A DNA stretch of 64,000 bases, taken from the NCBI GenBank assembly GCA_050251945.1, contig JBFWLW010000005.1, forward strand, positions 170,068 to 234,067. Direction: 5' to 3'. The notes beneath the pieces are model-generated. The model was given only the letters and a program-made list of their open reading frames with translations, had not been told where the DNA came from and made no database searches. The stretch's first letter is position 1. Each line of letters opens with the position of its first letter. This document shows positions 40,443-50,153 of this stretch, in pieces. The position numbers were made by a program, and so were the translations under genes. The stretch is from Deferribacterales bacterium. GTDB lineage: Bacteria > Chrysiogenota > Deferribacteres > Deferribacterales > Geovibrionaceae.

Positions 40443-42299
40443 ATGGCACTGCTTGACAGACTGAATCTCCCGTCCGAACTGAAAACGTTGAGCTATGAAC
40501 AGCTTGACGAACTTGCTCAGGATGTGCGGGACAAAATAATAAAAACCTGCTCGGTTTCCGGCGGGCACCTTGCGCCGAGCCTCGGTGTTGTGGAACTCAC
40601 CATCGGGCTTATGAAAGTGTTCGACCCGGAAAACGACCGTATCGTCTGGGACGTTGGACACCAGTCCTACGCTTACAAGATACTTACCGACAGAAAAGAC
40701 AGATTCTGTTCTCTTCGGCAATACAAAGGTATATCGGGCTTCATAAAACCATCCGAATCGAAATACGATGCGTTCGGTGTGGGACACACCAGCACTTCCA
40801 TTTCGGCAGGGCTGGGCATGCACGTTGCTGACGAGCTGACAGGCAGAAAACGCAAGGTGGTTTCCGTTATCGGCGACGGGGCTATGACCGCAGGCATGGC
40901 GTTTGAAGCGCTGAACAACCTCGGACATCTGGACAAGAACATGATTGTGGTGCTGAACGATAACGAAATGTCCATCAGCCCCAACGTGGGCGGATTTTCA
41001 CATTACCTGTCGAACATGATGACTGGTAAATTCTATACAAGAGTGCGCAAGGACGTTCAGGAATACCTTGCCACAAAACCCCTCGGAAACAGAATTCTCC
41101 ATCTTGCCAAAAAAATGGAAGAGGGAATGGTGGGCTTTTTCACCCCCGGGATACTGTTTGAAGAGCTTGGACTTCGCTATGTCGGTCCCGTTCAGGGACA
41201 TAAGATAAAAGAAGTGGTGCGCGCGCTGGAAAACGCGCAGAACGTTGACGGACCTGTGCTTGTGCATGTTATGACCCGCAAGGGCAACGGCTATGCCCCT
41301 GCGGAGGCTAACCCTTCAAAATTCCATGGTGTAGCTTCATTTGACATTTCCACAGGTAAATCCGTGAAACTCGGCGGTCAAAAGTCATTCACCGATATTT
41401 TCGGCGAAACGCTTTTGTATCTGGCTGAAAAGAACCCGCGGGTGGTTGCCATAAGCGCTGCCATGAAAGACGGAACCGGACTTAACCTTATGGAAGCCAA
41501 GTTTCCTGACAGGGTCTTTGATGTAGGTATAGCGGAACAGCATGCCGTGACATTCGCCGCAGGAATGGCAATATCAGGCATAAAACCTTTTGTCGCAATA
41601 TATTCGACGTTTGCCCAGAGGGCTTACGATCAGATAATACACGACGTTGCACTGCAAAACCTTCCGGTTGTGCTTTGTCTGGACAGGGGCGGGCTTGTCG
41701 GTGCAGACGGACCCACACACCACGGCGCGTATGATATTTCATACCTGCGTCCGGTACCCAATTTCACTGTTATGCTTCCGAAAGACGGTTATGAACTTGA
41801 AGCTATGCTCAGAATGGCGGAAAAGGCGGACACTCCCGTATCCATCCGATATGCGAGGGGCGAGGCGGGCAGTTATGACGATATTCCCGTGACACCCGTT
41901 GAGCTGGGCGAACCGGAAGTCATAGGCAATGGCAAAGACGTTGTGATCTATTCGGCAGGATCTGTTTTCGACGAAGCTTATAAGGTCTATAACACACTTG
42001 CCGAAAAAGGTATTTCTGCAACTCTCGTCAATATCCGCTTTCTGAAACCTCTCAATAAAAACAGAATAGCCGATGCGGCGCGCGGTGCCAGACTGGTTGT
42101 CACTGTTGAAGAGGGAAGTGTCAAAGGCGGTGCCGGAGACGAGATAGCCGACATACTTATGGAAAAGGGCGTACTCGTGAAAATACTCAAACACGGAATC
42201 CCCGATCTGTTTGTCGAACACGGCGATCACAACAGCCTCAGAAAGCTTATACAGCTTGATGCTGAAAGCATTCTGGACAATATCGTTAAACATATCTGA
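40443..42299 (+). CDS. dxs: 1-deoxy-D-xylulose-5-phosphate synthase
   Basis: Motifs GGHLAPSLG, WDVGHQ, GDGAMT and DVGIAEQHA. Confidence 0.97.
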   Translation: MALLDRLNLPSELKTLSYEQLDELAQDVRDKIIKTCSVSGGHLAPSLGVVELTIGLMKVFDPENDRIVWDVGHQSYAYKILTDRKDRFCSLRQYKGISGFIKPSESKYDAFGVGHTSTSISAGLGMHVADELTGRKRKVVSVIGDGAMTAGMAFEALNNLGHLDKNMIVVLNDNEMSISPNVGGFSHYLSNMMTGKFYTRVRKDVQEYLATKPLGNRILHLAKKMEEGMVGFFTPGILFEELGLRYVGPVQGHKIKEVVRALENAQNVDGPVLVHVMTRKGNGYAPAEANPSKFHGVASFDISTGKSVKLGGQKSFTDIFGETLLYLAEKNPRVVAISAAMKDGTGLNLMEAKFPDRVFDVGIAEQHAVTFAAGMAISGIKPFVAIYSTFAQRAYDQIIHDVALQNLPVVLCLDRGGLVGADGPTHHGAYDISYLRPVPNFTVMLPKDGYELEAMLRMAEKADTPVSIRYARGEAGSYDDIPVTPVELGEPEVIGNGKDVVIYSAGSVFDEAYKVYNTLAEKGISATLVNIRFLKPLNKNRIADAARGARLVVTVEEGSVKGGAGDEIADILMEKGVLVKILKHGIPDLFVEHGDHNSLRKLIQLDAESILDNIVKHI

Positions 42300-42301
42300 C
42301 A

Positions 42302-43126
42302 ATGCAGAAACCCAAAAAGGATCGCATTGACAATCTTCTGGTTCAGCTTGATCTGGCGGAGACAACGGACGAGGCGGCGAGATTTGTTATGGCAGGTCTT
42401 GTGGTTGTTGACGACCACAGGGCAGATAAACCGGGACAGATGTTTCCTGTCGACAGCGTTGTAAGACTGAAAGCTCACAATAAATTCGCCAGCCGCGGCG
42501 GGCTCAAGCTTGAGAAGGCGGCGGACGAATTCCTGATAGATTTCAAAGACAAAACAGTAATAGATATCGGTGCATCCACAGGCGGTTTCACCGACGTGGC
42601 TCTTAATGCGGGAGCGGCGAAAGTATTTGCCGTGGATACCGGAAAAGGGCAGCTCGACCCGCGTCTGGCACGCGACGAACGAGTGACGGTTCTTGACGCC
42701 ACAAACTTCAGAATAATTCCATATGAGACCATAGGCGCAAAGGCGGATATTTTCGTATGCGACGTTTCATTCATTTCGCTTTCAATGATAATTCCCGCCT
42801 GCGTACAGTTCTGCAAAGAAGATTCCGAGGCGGTGTTTCTCATCAAACCGCAGTTTGAGGCGGAGAGGAACGAAGTCGGCAGAGGCGGTATCGTCTTTGA
42901 CAGATCGGTGCATGAAAGAGTGATTAGTCAGGTAATTACATGGGGCGCAGAGAGCGGGTTTGCGTTTTTCGGGCTTTGCGTTTCGCCCATAAAAGGTGCC
43001 AAAGGAAATATTGAATATCTCGTATATTTTAGGTACAATATTCAGGCAGGTGAGCCTGATGTCCAAAGCATCGTCAACAGGGTGGTGTATGAAAACCATA
43101 GCTATAGTCGCCAAACCCCACGGTGA
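42302..43126 (+). CDS. tlyA: TlyA-family rRNA 2'-O-methyltransferase
   Basis: Motifs SRGGLKL, DIGASTGGFTD, DVSFISL and LIKPQFE. Confidence 0.95.
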   Translation: MQKPKKDRIDNLLVQLDLAETTDEAARFVMAGLVVVDDHRADKPGQMFPVDSVVRLKAHNKFASRGGLKLEKAADEFLIDFKDKTVIDIGASTGGFTDVALNAGAAKVFAVDTGKGQLDPRLARDERVTVLDATNFRIIPYETIGAKADIFVCDVSFISLSMIIPACVQFCKEDSEAVFLIKPQFEAERNEVGRGGIVFDRSVHERVISQVITWGAESGFAFFGLCVSPIKGAKGNIEYLVYFRYNIQAGEPDVQSIVNRVVYENHSYSRQTPR

Positions 43127-43949
43127 CAGGGTTCGTCCGCTTCTGGGGGAGATGATCTCTTTTCTGACAGAGCGCGGCGTTACAATTTTGAAAGAGAAAC
43201 GCACGGCAGAAGTGCTGGGCGAGAAAGAATATAACACCGACAATGAGATAAAGGAAAAATCGGATCTTGTTGTGGTGCTTGGCGGCGACGGAACGCTCAT
43301 CTCCGCAGTCCGTATCCTCGGTATGAAGGAAACTCCCATACTTGGTGTAAACCTCGGCAGGCTCGGTTTTCTTACCGAAACGCGGGCATCGGACGCTCTT
43401 TCCGCATTGAAGTCCGTTCTGGACGGCGATTACAGGCTGGAAAGACGGATGAAGCTTCACTCTCATCTTCTGGAAGAGGACGAAAAAGTCCTTGAGATAG
43501 ACGTGCTGAACGATCTTGTAATAAACAAGTCGGACGTGGCGCGAATCATAGAAATGTCTTTATACATCAACAAAGTTCTGGTGAACGAATACAGAGCCGA
43601 CGGGCTTATCGTGGCAACCCCGACGGGTTCCACCGCATACAGTCTTGCGGCGGGCGGTCCCATAGTGCATCCCGGTCTTGAGACCATGGTGATAACGCCT
43701 ATCTGCCCGCAGGGGCTTTCAAACAGACCGATAGTAATTTCCGATGACAGCGAGGTTGAAATCCGCATAAAAACAGGAAACGAAAAAGTTTCCATAACAT
43801 TTGACGGTCAGATATACCGTCAGCTCGACACGGAAAAGACCATTACCGTGAAGAAAGCAAGTACATGCACGCAGCTTATAGTGCCGAAGGATAAGAACTA
43901 TTACGCTCTTATCCGCGAAAAACTCGGCTGGGGCGGTGTTCAGTGCTGA
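43089..43949 (+). CDS. nadK: NAD kinase
   Basis: Motifs LGGDGT, NLGRLGFL and TPTGSTAYSLAAGGP. Confidence 0.96.
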   Translation: MKTIAIVAKPHGDRVRPLLGEMISFLTERGVTILKEKRTAEVLGEKEYNTDNEIKEKSDLVVVLGGDGTLISAVRILGMKETPILGVNLGRLGFLTETRASDALSALKSVLDGDYRLERRMKLHSHLLEEDEKVLEIDVLNDLVINKSDVARIIEMSLYINKVLVNEYRADGLIVATPTGSTAYSLAAGGPIVHPGLETMVITPICPQGLSNRPIVISDDSEVEIRIKTGNEKVSITFDGQIYRQLDTEKTITVKKASTCTQLIVPKDKNYYALIREKLGWGGVQC

Positions 43950-45595
43950 GTATGCTTCGGGTTGAAAACCTTTCGGTGATCGAATCAGTTTCCGTGGAGT
44001 TCACGGACGGGCTGAACATCATCACAGGTGAGACCGGAGCGGGTAAATCTGTTTTCATAGGCGCTTTGAGCCTCGTTCTGGGAGCCAGATTCAGCAGAAC
44101 ACTCTTTCGCGACCCTGAAAAAAAGATAACTGTCGAGGCGGAATTTCTCGGCGCACAGGACGTTTCGCATGAGCTTGCGGAGCAGTTTGAAACTGACGAC
44201 GGCATAATAATTCGCCGCGAGATAGATAAGGCGGGCAAGAACAGGATATTTATAAACGGGCGCATGGCGACCGTTGAACAGCTCAGGGAGCTTACGGCTT
44301 CTTTCTGCGATATTCACGGACAGCATGAACATCAGCAGCTTCTGGACAACGCAACACATATGGGCTTCATAGACAGCCTTGTTCCGCAGGAGCCGAAAGA
44401 CGCCTATGCCGGATGCTACGGCGGCTACAGGGAGCTTGTTTCACGCATTGCCAAAATCAAGGCGGACAGGCAGATGTTCCTGCGCGAGAAGGACATGCTT
44501 GAGTTCCAGCTTGGCGAGATTGACGAACTTAAGATAAATCCCGATGAAGATTCCAAAATCGACGACAGAATAAACGTCCTTTCAAACCTTTCAAAAATAC
44601 TTGAGAACTCAACGAAATCTTTGCAGCTTCTCCGTGACGGTGAGGTGAACGCATACGAACTCGTCACCTCTGCGGCGGCGGCTCTGAACGGTATCTCGAA
44701 ATACAGCGCAACGATTAGTAAGGCGGCTGATCAGTTGTCTGAAATGACATATCTGTTCAACGACATTATGGCTAATATCGAATCCGTTGCTGACGCTTCC
44801 GACACGGATCCCGACGAGCTTGACAGGCTTGTGGACAGAAAATACAAACTCCAGAACCTTATGAAGAAATACGGACCGGAACTTTCAGACGTATGCGCGT
44901 TTGCAGATAAGGTCAGAAGCAGACTTACGGAGATGGAATTCTCTGAGGACAGTCTGGGCAAGCTTGAGAAAGAGCTTGGCACTTTAAGAAAAGAGCTTGA
45001 CGCAAAAGCGGAAACTTTGAACAAGGCGCGCCGTAAAGCGGCTGACCTGATTGAAAGATCCATAGTTGAAAATTTAAATGAACTTGAACTTAAAAACTCT
45101 GTCTTTAAAGTGGTATTTGAAAATATCGAGGATATGGATGCGTCCGCAGGGCTGAAAGCGGAATTTCATATCAGCACCAACAGAGGTTTTGAACCTGGAC
45201 CTATTCAGAAGGTTGCGTCAGGCGGTGAGATTTCCCGCGTGATGCTCGCCATGAAAGAGGTCTTTGCCGAAAAAGACAGGGTGCAGACCCTTGTTTTTGA
45301 CGAGATTGACACCGGAATAAGCGGAAAAACGGCTAAACAGGTTGCTGTTAAGCTGAAAAAAGTGGCGAACGCCAGACAGGTGATTGTTATCACACATCTG
45401 CCTGTAGTCGCGAGCGCAGGGAAAAATCACCTGCATATCACAAAAGCCGCAGACACCGGACTTGCAAGAACAGAGATAAACGAGATAGACGGGGATACGC
45501 GACTTGCAGTGCTGGCGCAGATGATAGCCGGAAATGACACACCGTCTGCTGTGCAGCAGGCAAAGGAGATGATAGAGGATATGAAGGATGCTTGA
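43943..45595 (+). CDS. recN: DNA repair protein RecN
   Basis: Motifs TGETGAGKS, IHGQHE, ASGGEISR and FDEIDTG. Confidence 0.96.
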   Translation: MLSMLRVENLSVIESVSVEFTDGLNIITGETGAGKSVFIGALSLVLGARFSRTLFRDPEKKITVEAEFLGAQDVSHELAEQFETDDGIIIRREIDKAGKNRIFINGRMATVEQLRELTASFCDIHGQHEHQQLLDNATHMGFIDSLVPQEPKDAYAGCYGGYRELVSRIAKIKADRQMFLREKDMLEFQLGEIDELKINPDEDSKIDDRINVLSNLSKILENSTKSLQLLRDGEVNAYELVTSAAAALNGISKYSATISKAADQLSEMTYLFNDIMANIESVADASDTDPDELDRLVDRKYKLQNLMKKYGPELSDVCAFADKVRSRLTEMEFSEDSLGKLEKELGTLRKELDAKAETLNKARRKAADLIERSIVENLNELELKNSVFKVVFENIEDMDASAGLKAEFHISTNRGFEPGPIQKVASGGEISRVMLAMKEVFAEKDRVQTLVFDEIDTGISGKTAKQVAVKLKKVANARQVIVITHLPVVASAGKNHLHITKAADTGLARTEINEIDGDTRLAVLAQMIAGNDTPSAVQQAKEMIEDMKDA

Positions 45596-46202
45596 CGCTT
45601 TCGTACAGTTTATTCTTAACGCAGTTCATAACATGGGTTATGCTGGAATAGTCATCATGATGGCGCTTGAAAGCTCCTTTGTCCCTTTTCCCAGCGAAGT
45701 CGTCGTTCCGCCTGCGGGTTACCTTGCCGCGCAGGGAAAAATGAATATCTATCTTGTTGTAATAAGCGGTGTCACAGGCTCTGTCATCGGAGCGCTTGTG
45801 AATTACTATCTCGCTGTGTTCATGGGCAGGGCGCTTCTGGTCAAATACGGCAAATATTTTTTCATGCCTGTGGAACGCCTTGATAAGATGGAGAATTATT
45901 TTAAAGTGCATGGAGAGATAACCACTTTTGTCGGTCGTCTCATACCAGCCGTGAGGCAGTATATCTCCTTTCCTGCAGGGCTTGCCCGCATGAACATGCC
46001 GAAGTTTATTTTCTTTACCTCGCTCGGTGCCGGAATATGGGTTGTTATCCTTGCTATCCTCGGATATTTCGTCGGAAATAATATTGAGCTAATCAAATCA
46101 AATTTACATCCGATTACCATAATTACACTATGTGTCTTAACGGTGGTTGTTATTCTTTACGTCATTTGGCACAAAAAAAGGAGGAAAAATGCAGCAGCGT
46201 AG
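45588..46202 (+). CDS. DedA family membrane protein
   Basis: Motifs LESSFVPFPSE and GRLIPAVRQYISFPAG. Confidence 0.92.
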   Translation: MLDAFVQFILNAVHNMGYAGIVIMMALESSFVPFPSEVVVPPAGYLAAQGKMNIYLVVISGVTGSVIGALVNYYLAVFMGRALLVKYGKYFFMPVERLDKMENYFKVHGEITTFVGRLIPAVRQYISFPAGLARMNMPKFIFFTSLGAGIWVVILAILGYFVGNNIELIKSNLHPITIITLCVLTVVVILYVIWHKKRRKNAAA

Positions 46203-47361
46203 GGTTTTACTTGTTTTTTTAATGCTATTGTTCACGTTTTTTTCAGCAAACGCTTCAGATAAAATACATAAAATACAAACAGGCGACAGTCTTTTTTCTA
46301 TATTTTCCGATAAACTTTCTGCGGCGACGATTTTAAACCTCGAAAAAGAGATTAAGCGGCTTGTTCCGGATTTTACACTCAGAATAGGCGCTGTAGTCAA
46401 AATAAACCCCGCCTCCGTTACAATCTCCCCCGACAGCCTGACGGATATTTCAGTTAATCTCCTTGATGACGATTTTGATCTTAAGGTGACTAACCATCCG
46501 GTGCATACTGTCACCGCCATCGCTCACGGAGTTGTGGAATCCAGCCTCACCGATGCTATGGTGAAAGCCGGCGAGGGTGTCGAACTGGCTTTCATGCTTG
46601 CAGACATTTACGAGTGGGAGATCGACTTCTTCCATGCTCTGCGAAAAGGCGATTCTTTTTCTGTTCTGGTTGAGAAAAAATTTGCCAAGGACAGATTCAT
46701 CGGCTACGGAAAGATTCTGGCGGCGGATTTCGTGAATCAGGGACGTTTTCTCCGAGCACTCTATTACGAGTATAACGGAGTAAAAGGCTACTATGACGCG
46801 GACGGCAAATCACTCAAAAAAGGATTCCTCAAAGCACCTCTCAAATTCACCAGAATATCATCAACATATACAGGCAGAAGACTCCACCCGGTTCTCAACA
46901 GATACATCCCCCACCACGGAGTCGATTACGCTGCTCCTGTGGGGACACCTATACATGCGACCTCAGACGGCGTTGTTCTGAACAGGGAATACAACCAGTT
47001 CAATGGCAACTATGTGAAGATACGCCACCTGAACGGGTACGAGACCCTTTATCTGCACCTTTCAAAATTTGCAAAGATAAGAAAAGGATCCAAGGTTTCA
47101 CAAGGTTCTGTGATCGGTTATGTCGGTTCCACAGGTATATCAACCGGACCGCACCTTGATTACCGTATCAAGCAATATGGTAAGTTCCTTAACCCTCTGA
47201 CGTTTACATCGCCAAACCTGAAACTGCCAAGGTCTCAGAAGGTTGCTTTCAAAGAAGCCGTTAAGCCGTTGGTGGCGAAGATAAACAGTGCGTATGGGCG
47301 TGACGTCCGTTTTACGCTTCTGCGGAATTCTCAGGTGCGAAGTGACGGAAGTTTGATGTAA
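46189..47361 (+). CDS. M23 family peptidoglycan DD-endopeptidase
   Basis: HHGVDYAAP, YLHLS and STGPHL Zn motifs. Signal peptide. Confidence 0.92.
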   Translation: MQQRRVLLVFLMLLFTFFSANASDKIHKIQTGDSLFSIFSDKLSAATILNLEKEIKRLVPDFTLRIGAVVKINPASVTISPDSLTDISVNLLDDDFDLKVTNHPVHTVTAIAHGVVESSLTDAMVKAGEGVELAFMLADIYEWEIDFFHALRKGDSFSVLVEKKFAKDRFIGYGKILAADFVNQGRFLRALYYEYNGVKGYYDADGKSLKKGFLKAPLKFTRISSTYTGRRLHPVLNRYIPHHGVDYAAPVGTPIHATSDGVVLNREYNQFNGNYVKIRHLNGYETLYLHLSKFAKIRKGSKVSQGSVIGYVGSTGISTGPHLDYRIKQYGKFLNPLTFTSPNLKLPRSQKVAFKEAVKPLVAKINSAYGRDVRFTLLRNSQVRSDGSLM

Positions 47362-47374
47362 TTGAAAATAGTAA

Positions 47375-47556
47375 AGCCGGTCTTATGACTGGCTTCAGGT
47401 TGTTGATAAACTAAATATACACAGACACACATTAGACTGCTTCGGGTTAAAACCCTCGCAGAGACGTTTTTTTGTCTTCGCGAGGAGTGTATGCGACGAC
47501 GCGATCTCGCATTTTACTGACTTTGTCATCAGTCTGAGCCGATCTTATGACCGGCT
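47375..47556. mobile_element. MITE-like insertion carrying a REP-like dimer, flanked by a duplicated hairpin
   Basis: Direct copies AGCCGGTCTTATGACTGGCT (47375-47394) and AGCCGATCTTATGACCGGCT (47537-47556). Imperfect terminal IRs CAGGTTGTTGATAAA / TTTGTCATCAGTCTG. Internal repeat units at 47434-47466 and 47473-47507. Confidence 0.6.
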
Positions 47557-48564
47557 TTTTTGTTTCTGTATAAATTCTTCCAGTTTTTCTCTGATATCTT
47601 CAAAACCGAATTGAGACATGCAAGGGATATCCGGTGATATTCTGCATGTGCTTTTAAGACATGGCTGACATTCCAGCCCTGCGTTGGCGTATGTATGTTC
47701 CGGTGACGGGAACACCCAGTGGGGGGATGTTGAGCCTATCACTATAAACGTCGGCACATTCTGTGCGGTGGCAATATGGTGAGGCGCAGAATCGTTGCCG
47801 ATATGCAGTTTCGCTCTGCCTATCACGGCTATGAATTCCGGAAGGCTCGTCTGGGGCATCAGAAAAACGTTCTCAGGCATTTTGCTTATTCTGTCTGTTA
47901 TGTATTCCTTTTCACCCGGTCCGTATGTAAGAAGCACCTTTGCGGCGTGTTCTTTTACGAGATATACGGCAGTTTCAATGAAATGATCAAATTTCCAGCG
48001 CCTCGTGTCCCTTTTATGTGTGGGCGACATTGTCACCAGAAAGTCGGAATCTGATATGCCGAAAGATTTCAGTATTTCTTCCGCGCGTGCCGAAGCCTTT
48101 ACAGATGGAAACACTTCGGGTTTCGCATTAAGCTTCGCCGGATCAAAATCTTTTATGAAAGGAGCTGTGAGGGACAGTTTTATTACTCCCGGGCAGCCGT
48201 CATAGACCTTTACAGGCGTATTATAAAAGAATTTGCGAGGGGAATTGCCGTAGCAGACTTTATGTTTCGCGCCGCTCAAAAATGAAATGTAGGCCGTTCT
48301 GGGGTTGTTATGAAAATCCAGAACCGCGTCGTATCTGTTTCTGCGCACTTCTCTGATGATTCTCGCCATCTCTTTTATGCCGCCTTTGCGCTCGGTGGTC
48401 AGGATATTTCTGATGTCAGGGTTGTTTTCAACAACGGGTTTGTTAGCCTTGAACGTCAGGAAGTCTATCTCCGCGTCAGGATAATATTTTTTCAGTTCTC
48501 TGGGGATATGTGTGGTGAGAACAACGTCGCCTGTCTGATATAGCTGTATCAAAAGAAATTTCAT
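47545..48564 (-). CDS. glycosyltransferase family 9 (LPS heptosyltransferase-like)
   Basis: Motifs TGDVVLTT, RRW and IGNDSAPHHIA. Confidence 0.9.
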   Translation of the reverse strand: MKFLLIQLYQTGDVVLTTHIPRELKKYYPDAEIDFLTFKANKPVVENNPDIRNILTTERKGGIKEMARIIREVRRNRYDAVLDFHNNPRTAYISFLSGAKHKVCYGNSPRKFFYNTPVKVYDGCPGVIKLSLTAPFIKDFDPAKLNAKPEVFPSVKASARAEEILKSFGISDSDFLVTMSPTHKRDTRRWKFDHFIETAVYLVKEHAAKVLLTYGPGEKEYITDRISKMPENVFLMPQTSLPEFIAVIGRAKLHIGNDSAPHHIATAQNVPTFIVIGSTSPHWVFPSPEHTYANAGLECQPCLKSTCRISPDIPCMSQFGFEDIREKLEEFIQKQKSRS

Positions 48565-48640
48565 TCCGCCTCCGATGAAGAGGAGAATATCAGATGAATC
48601 GGAAAATATGAAGTGAAAAGGTTGTGCAGGTCAAAGGATG

Positions 48641-48907
48641 TCAGGCTATTTCAAGCTTTTCCGGTTTAAGTCCCATTCCGTCGCCCAGACCGAATACATA
48701 CCATTTAAGCTGTTCATCCGTAAGATCGCTTGCGAGGGTGAAAACATCCGATTCGCTCTGACCTTTCAGCACAAGATTATATGTTTCGCCGCTGGCTTCC
48801 ATCTTTTTTTCCAACAGCAGGGCAATTTTTGTTTCTTCAATATTCTTGTTAATGTGCCCCAGAACAGAACAAACATTACTCATGAACTCCATCGAAGGTT
48901 TCATCAC
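48641..48907 (-). CDS. hypothetical protein
   Basis: 88-aa ORF with a GAGGTG RBS. No recognised family. Confidence 0.6.
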   Translation of the reverse strand: MMKPSMEFMSNVCSVLGHINKNIEETKIALLLEKKMEASGETYNLVLKGQSESDVFTLASDLTDEQLKWYVFGLGDGMGLKPEKLEIA

Positions 48908-49028
48908 ACACCTCTGTTTTTATATACTAATGTATCGGTTTATTTTTATCAATGTTTAGTGGGAAAAGATGTTTAGTGTAAAATTATTTTATGCTAGATT
49001 ATGAGTAGTCTGCATTACGGGAGAGTAT

Positions 49029-50153
49029 ATGAGAATAGCTTTTGCACAAAGAAAGATACTTGGGCGCAATGGTGCATCCCGTATTATTGCTGAACAGATG
49101 CGCGTGTTCAGACAGTCCGGTCACGATGTTTATCTTTACAGTGCAAGATGCAATTCTGATGTCATCGGTGAAGGTATTAATATTAAAACTTTTTTTTCAA
49201 TTATTCCGGGTAAGGAGAAGCGAAGACGCGCTTATGCTGAAGGGTATGAAAAGTTCTGCCGAAAAAACAGGATAGATATTGCCTTCGGCAACGGTGATAC
49301 GTTTTTTCAGGATGTGCTTTTCATGCATAACATGCTGGAAGCTGAAAATTGTATTGTTAAGGGCGATAACAGCTTTTTTAAATCTTCTGTTTTTCACATC
49401 CACAACCGTATTCTCTCCGAACAAAATTATAAGGTTCTTATCTGCAACTCTATGATGATGCGTGACTATTTTGTTGAAAAATATAATCTGGACAGAAATC
49501 GCGTACGCGTGCTTTATCCCGGATATGATAAAGCGATCTTTAACACCGCGGATGTCAGACAGGCGTCTGATCTGATACGCGAACGGCATGCCATAGACAG
49601 AAAATATATGTTAGGTTTTGTTTCCTCCGGAAATCTTCTTAAAAGGGGAGTGGATATTCTTATAGATGCTATGGGATTTCTGGACAGAGAGCTTTCAAAA
49701 TACAGCTCGCTCCTGCTCATAGGCAAAGATGGCAAGATTGAAGACTACAAACGCCGCATTGCCGAAGTGAATCCGGAAATACAGGTAATTGCAGTCGGTG
49801 CCGTTGACGACATAGCAAATTATTATAAGTCTATAGATATTCTTCTTCATCCGGCTCATATTGAAGAATTCGGTATGACTTTGCTTGAGGCGGCTGCTTG
49901 CGGTGTTCCCGTGATAACATCAAAAATGACCGGATTTTCTGAGATTCTGAGAGGTGACGAACGGAAGTATGTCATGGAGAGACCGGACGCTTCTGTTCTG
50001 GCGGAGCTTACTTCCGGACTGCTTGAGGACAGCCACGCAAGAGCCGTTACAGGGGCAAGCTCGGCTATTAACGCCATCAACTACTCATGGGAAGGTTATA
50101 TCGCTAATCTTTATGAAATACTCGAAGACTTCTCATTAATGCCTTCGCGATAA
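49029..50153 (+). CDS. glycosyltransferase family 4 (WaaG-like)
   Basis: Motifs KRGVD and HPAHIEEFGMTLLEAAACGVPVITS. Confidence 0.9.
   Translation: MRIAFAQRKILGRNGASRIIAEQMRVFRQSGHDVYLYSARCNSDVIGEGINIKTFFSIIPGKEKRRRAYAEGYEKFCRKNRIDIAFGNGDTFFQDVLFMHNMLEAENCIVKGDNSFFKSSVFHIHNRILSEQNYKVLICNSMMMRDYFVEKYNLDRNRVRVLYPGYDKAIFNTADVRQASDLIRERHAIDRKYMLGFVSSGNLLKRGVDILIDAMGFLDRELSKYSSLLLIGKDGKIEDYKRRIAEVNPEIQVIAVGAVDDIANYYKSIDILLHPAHIEEFGMTLLEAAACGVPVITSKMTGFSEILRGDERKYVMERPDASVLAELTSGLLEDSHARAVTGASSAINAINYSWEGYIANLYEILEDFSLMPSR

Noticed and set aside
39522..40928. 468-aa antisense ORF (likewise 21115-22278, 6574-7467 and 7503-8573)
   Set aside because: These are shadow frames opposite well-supported genes, with no recognisable motifs.
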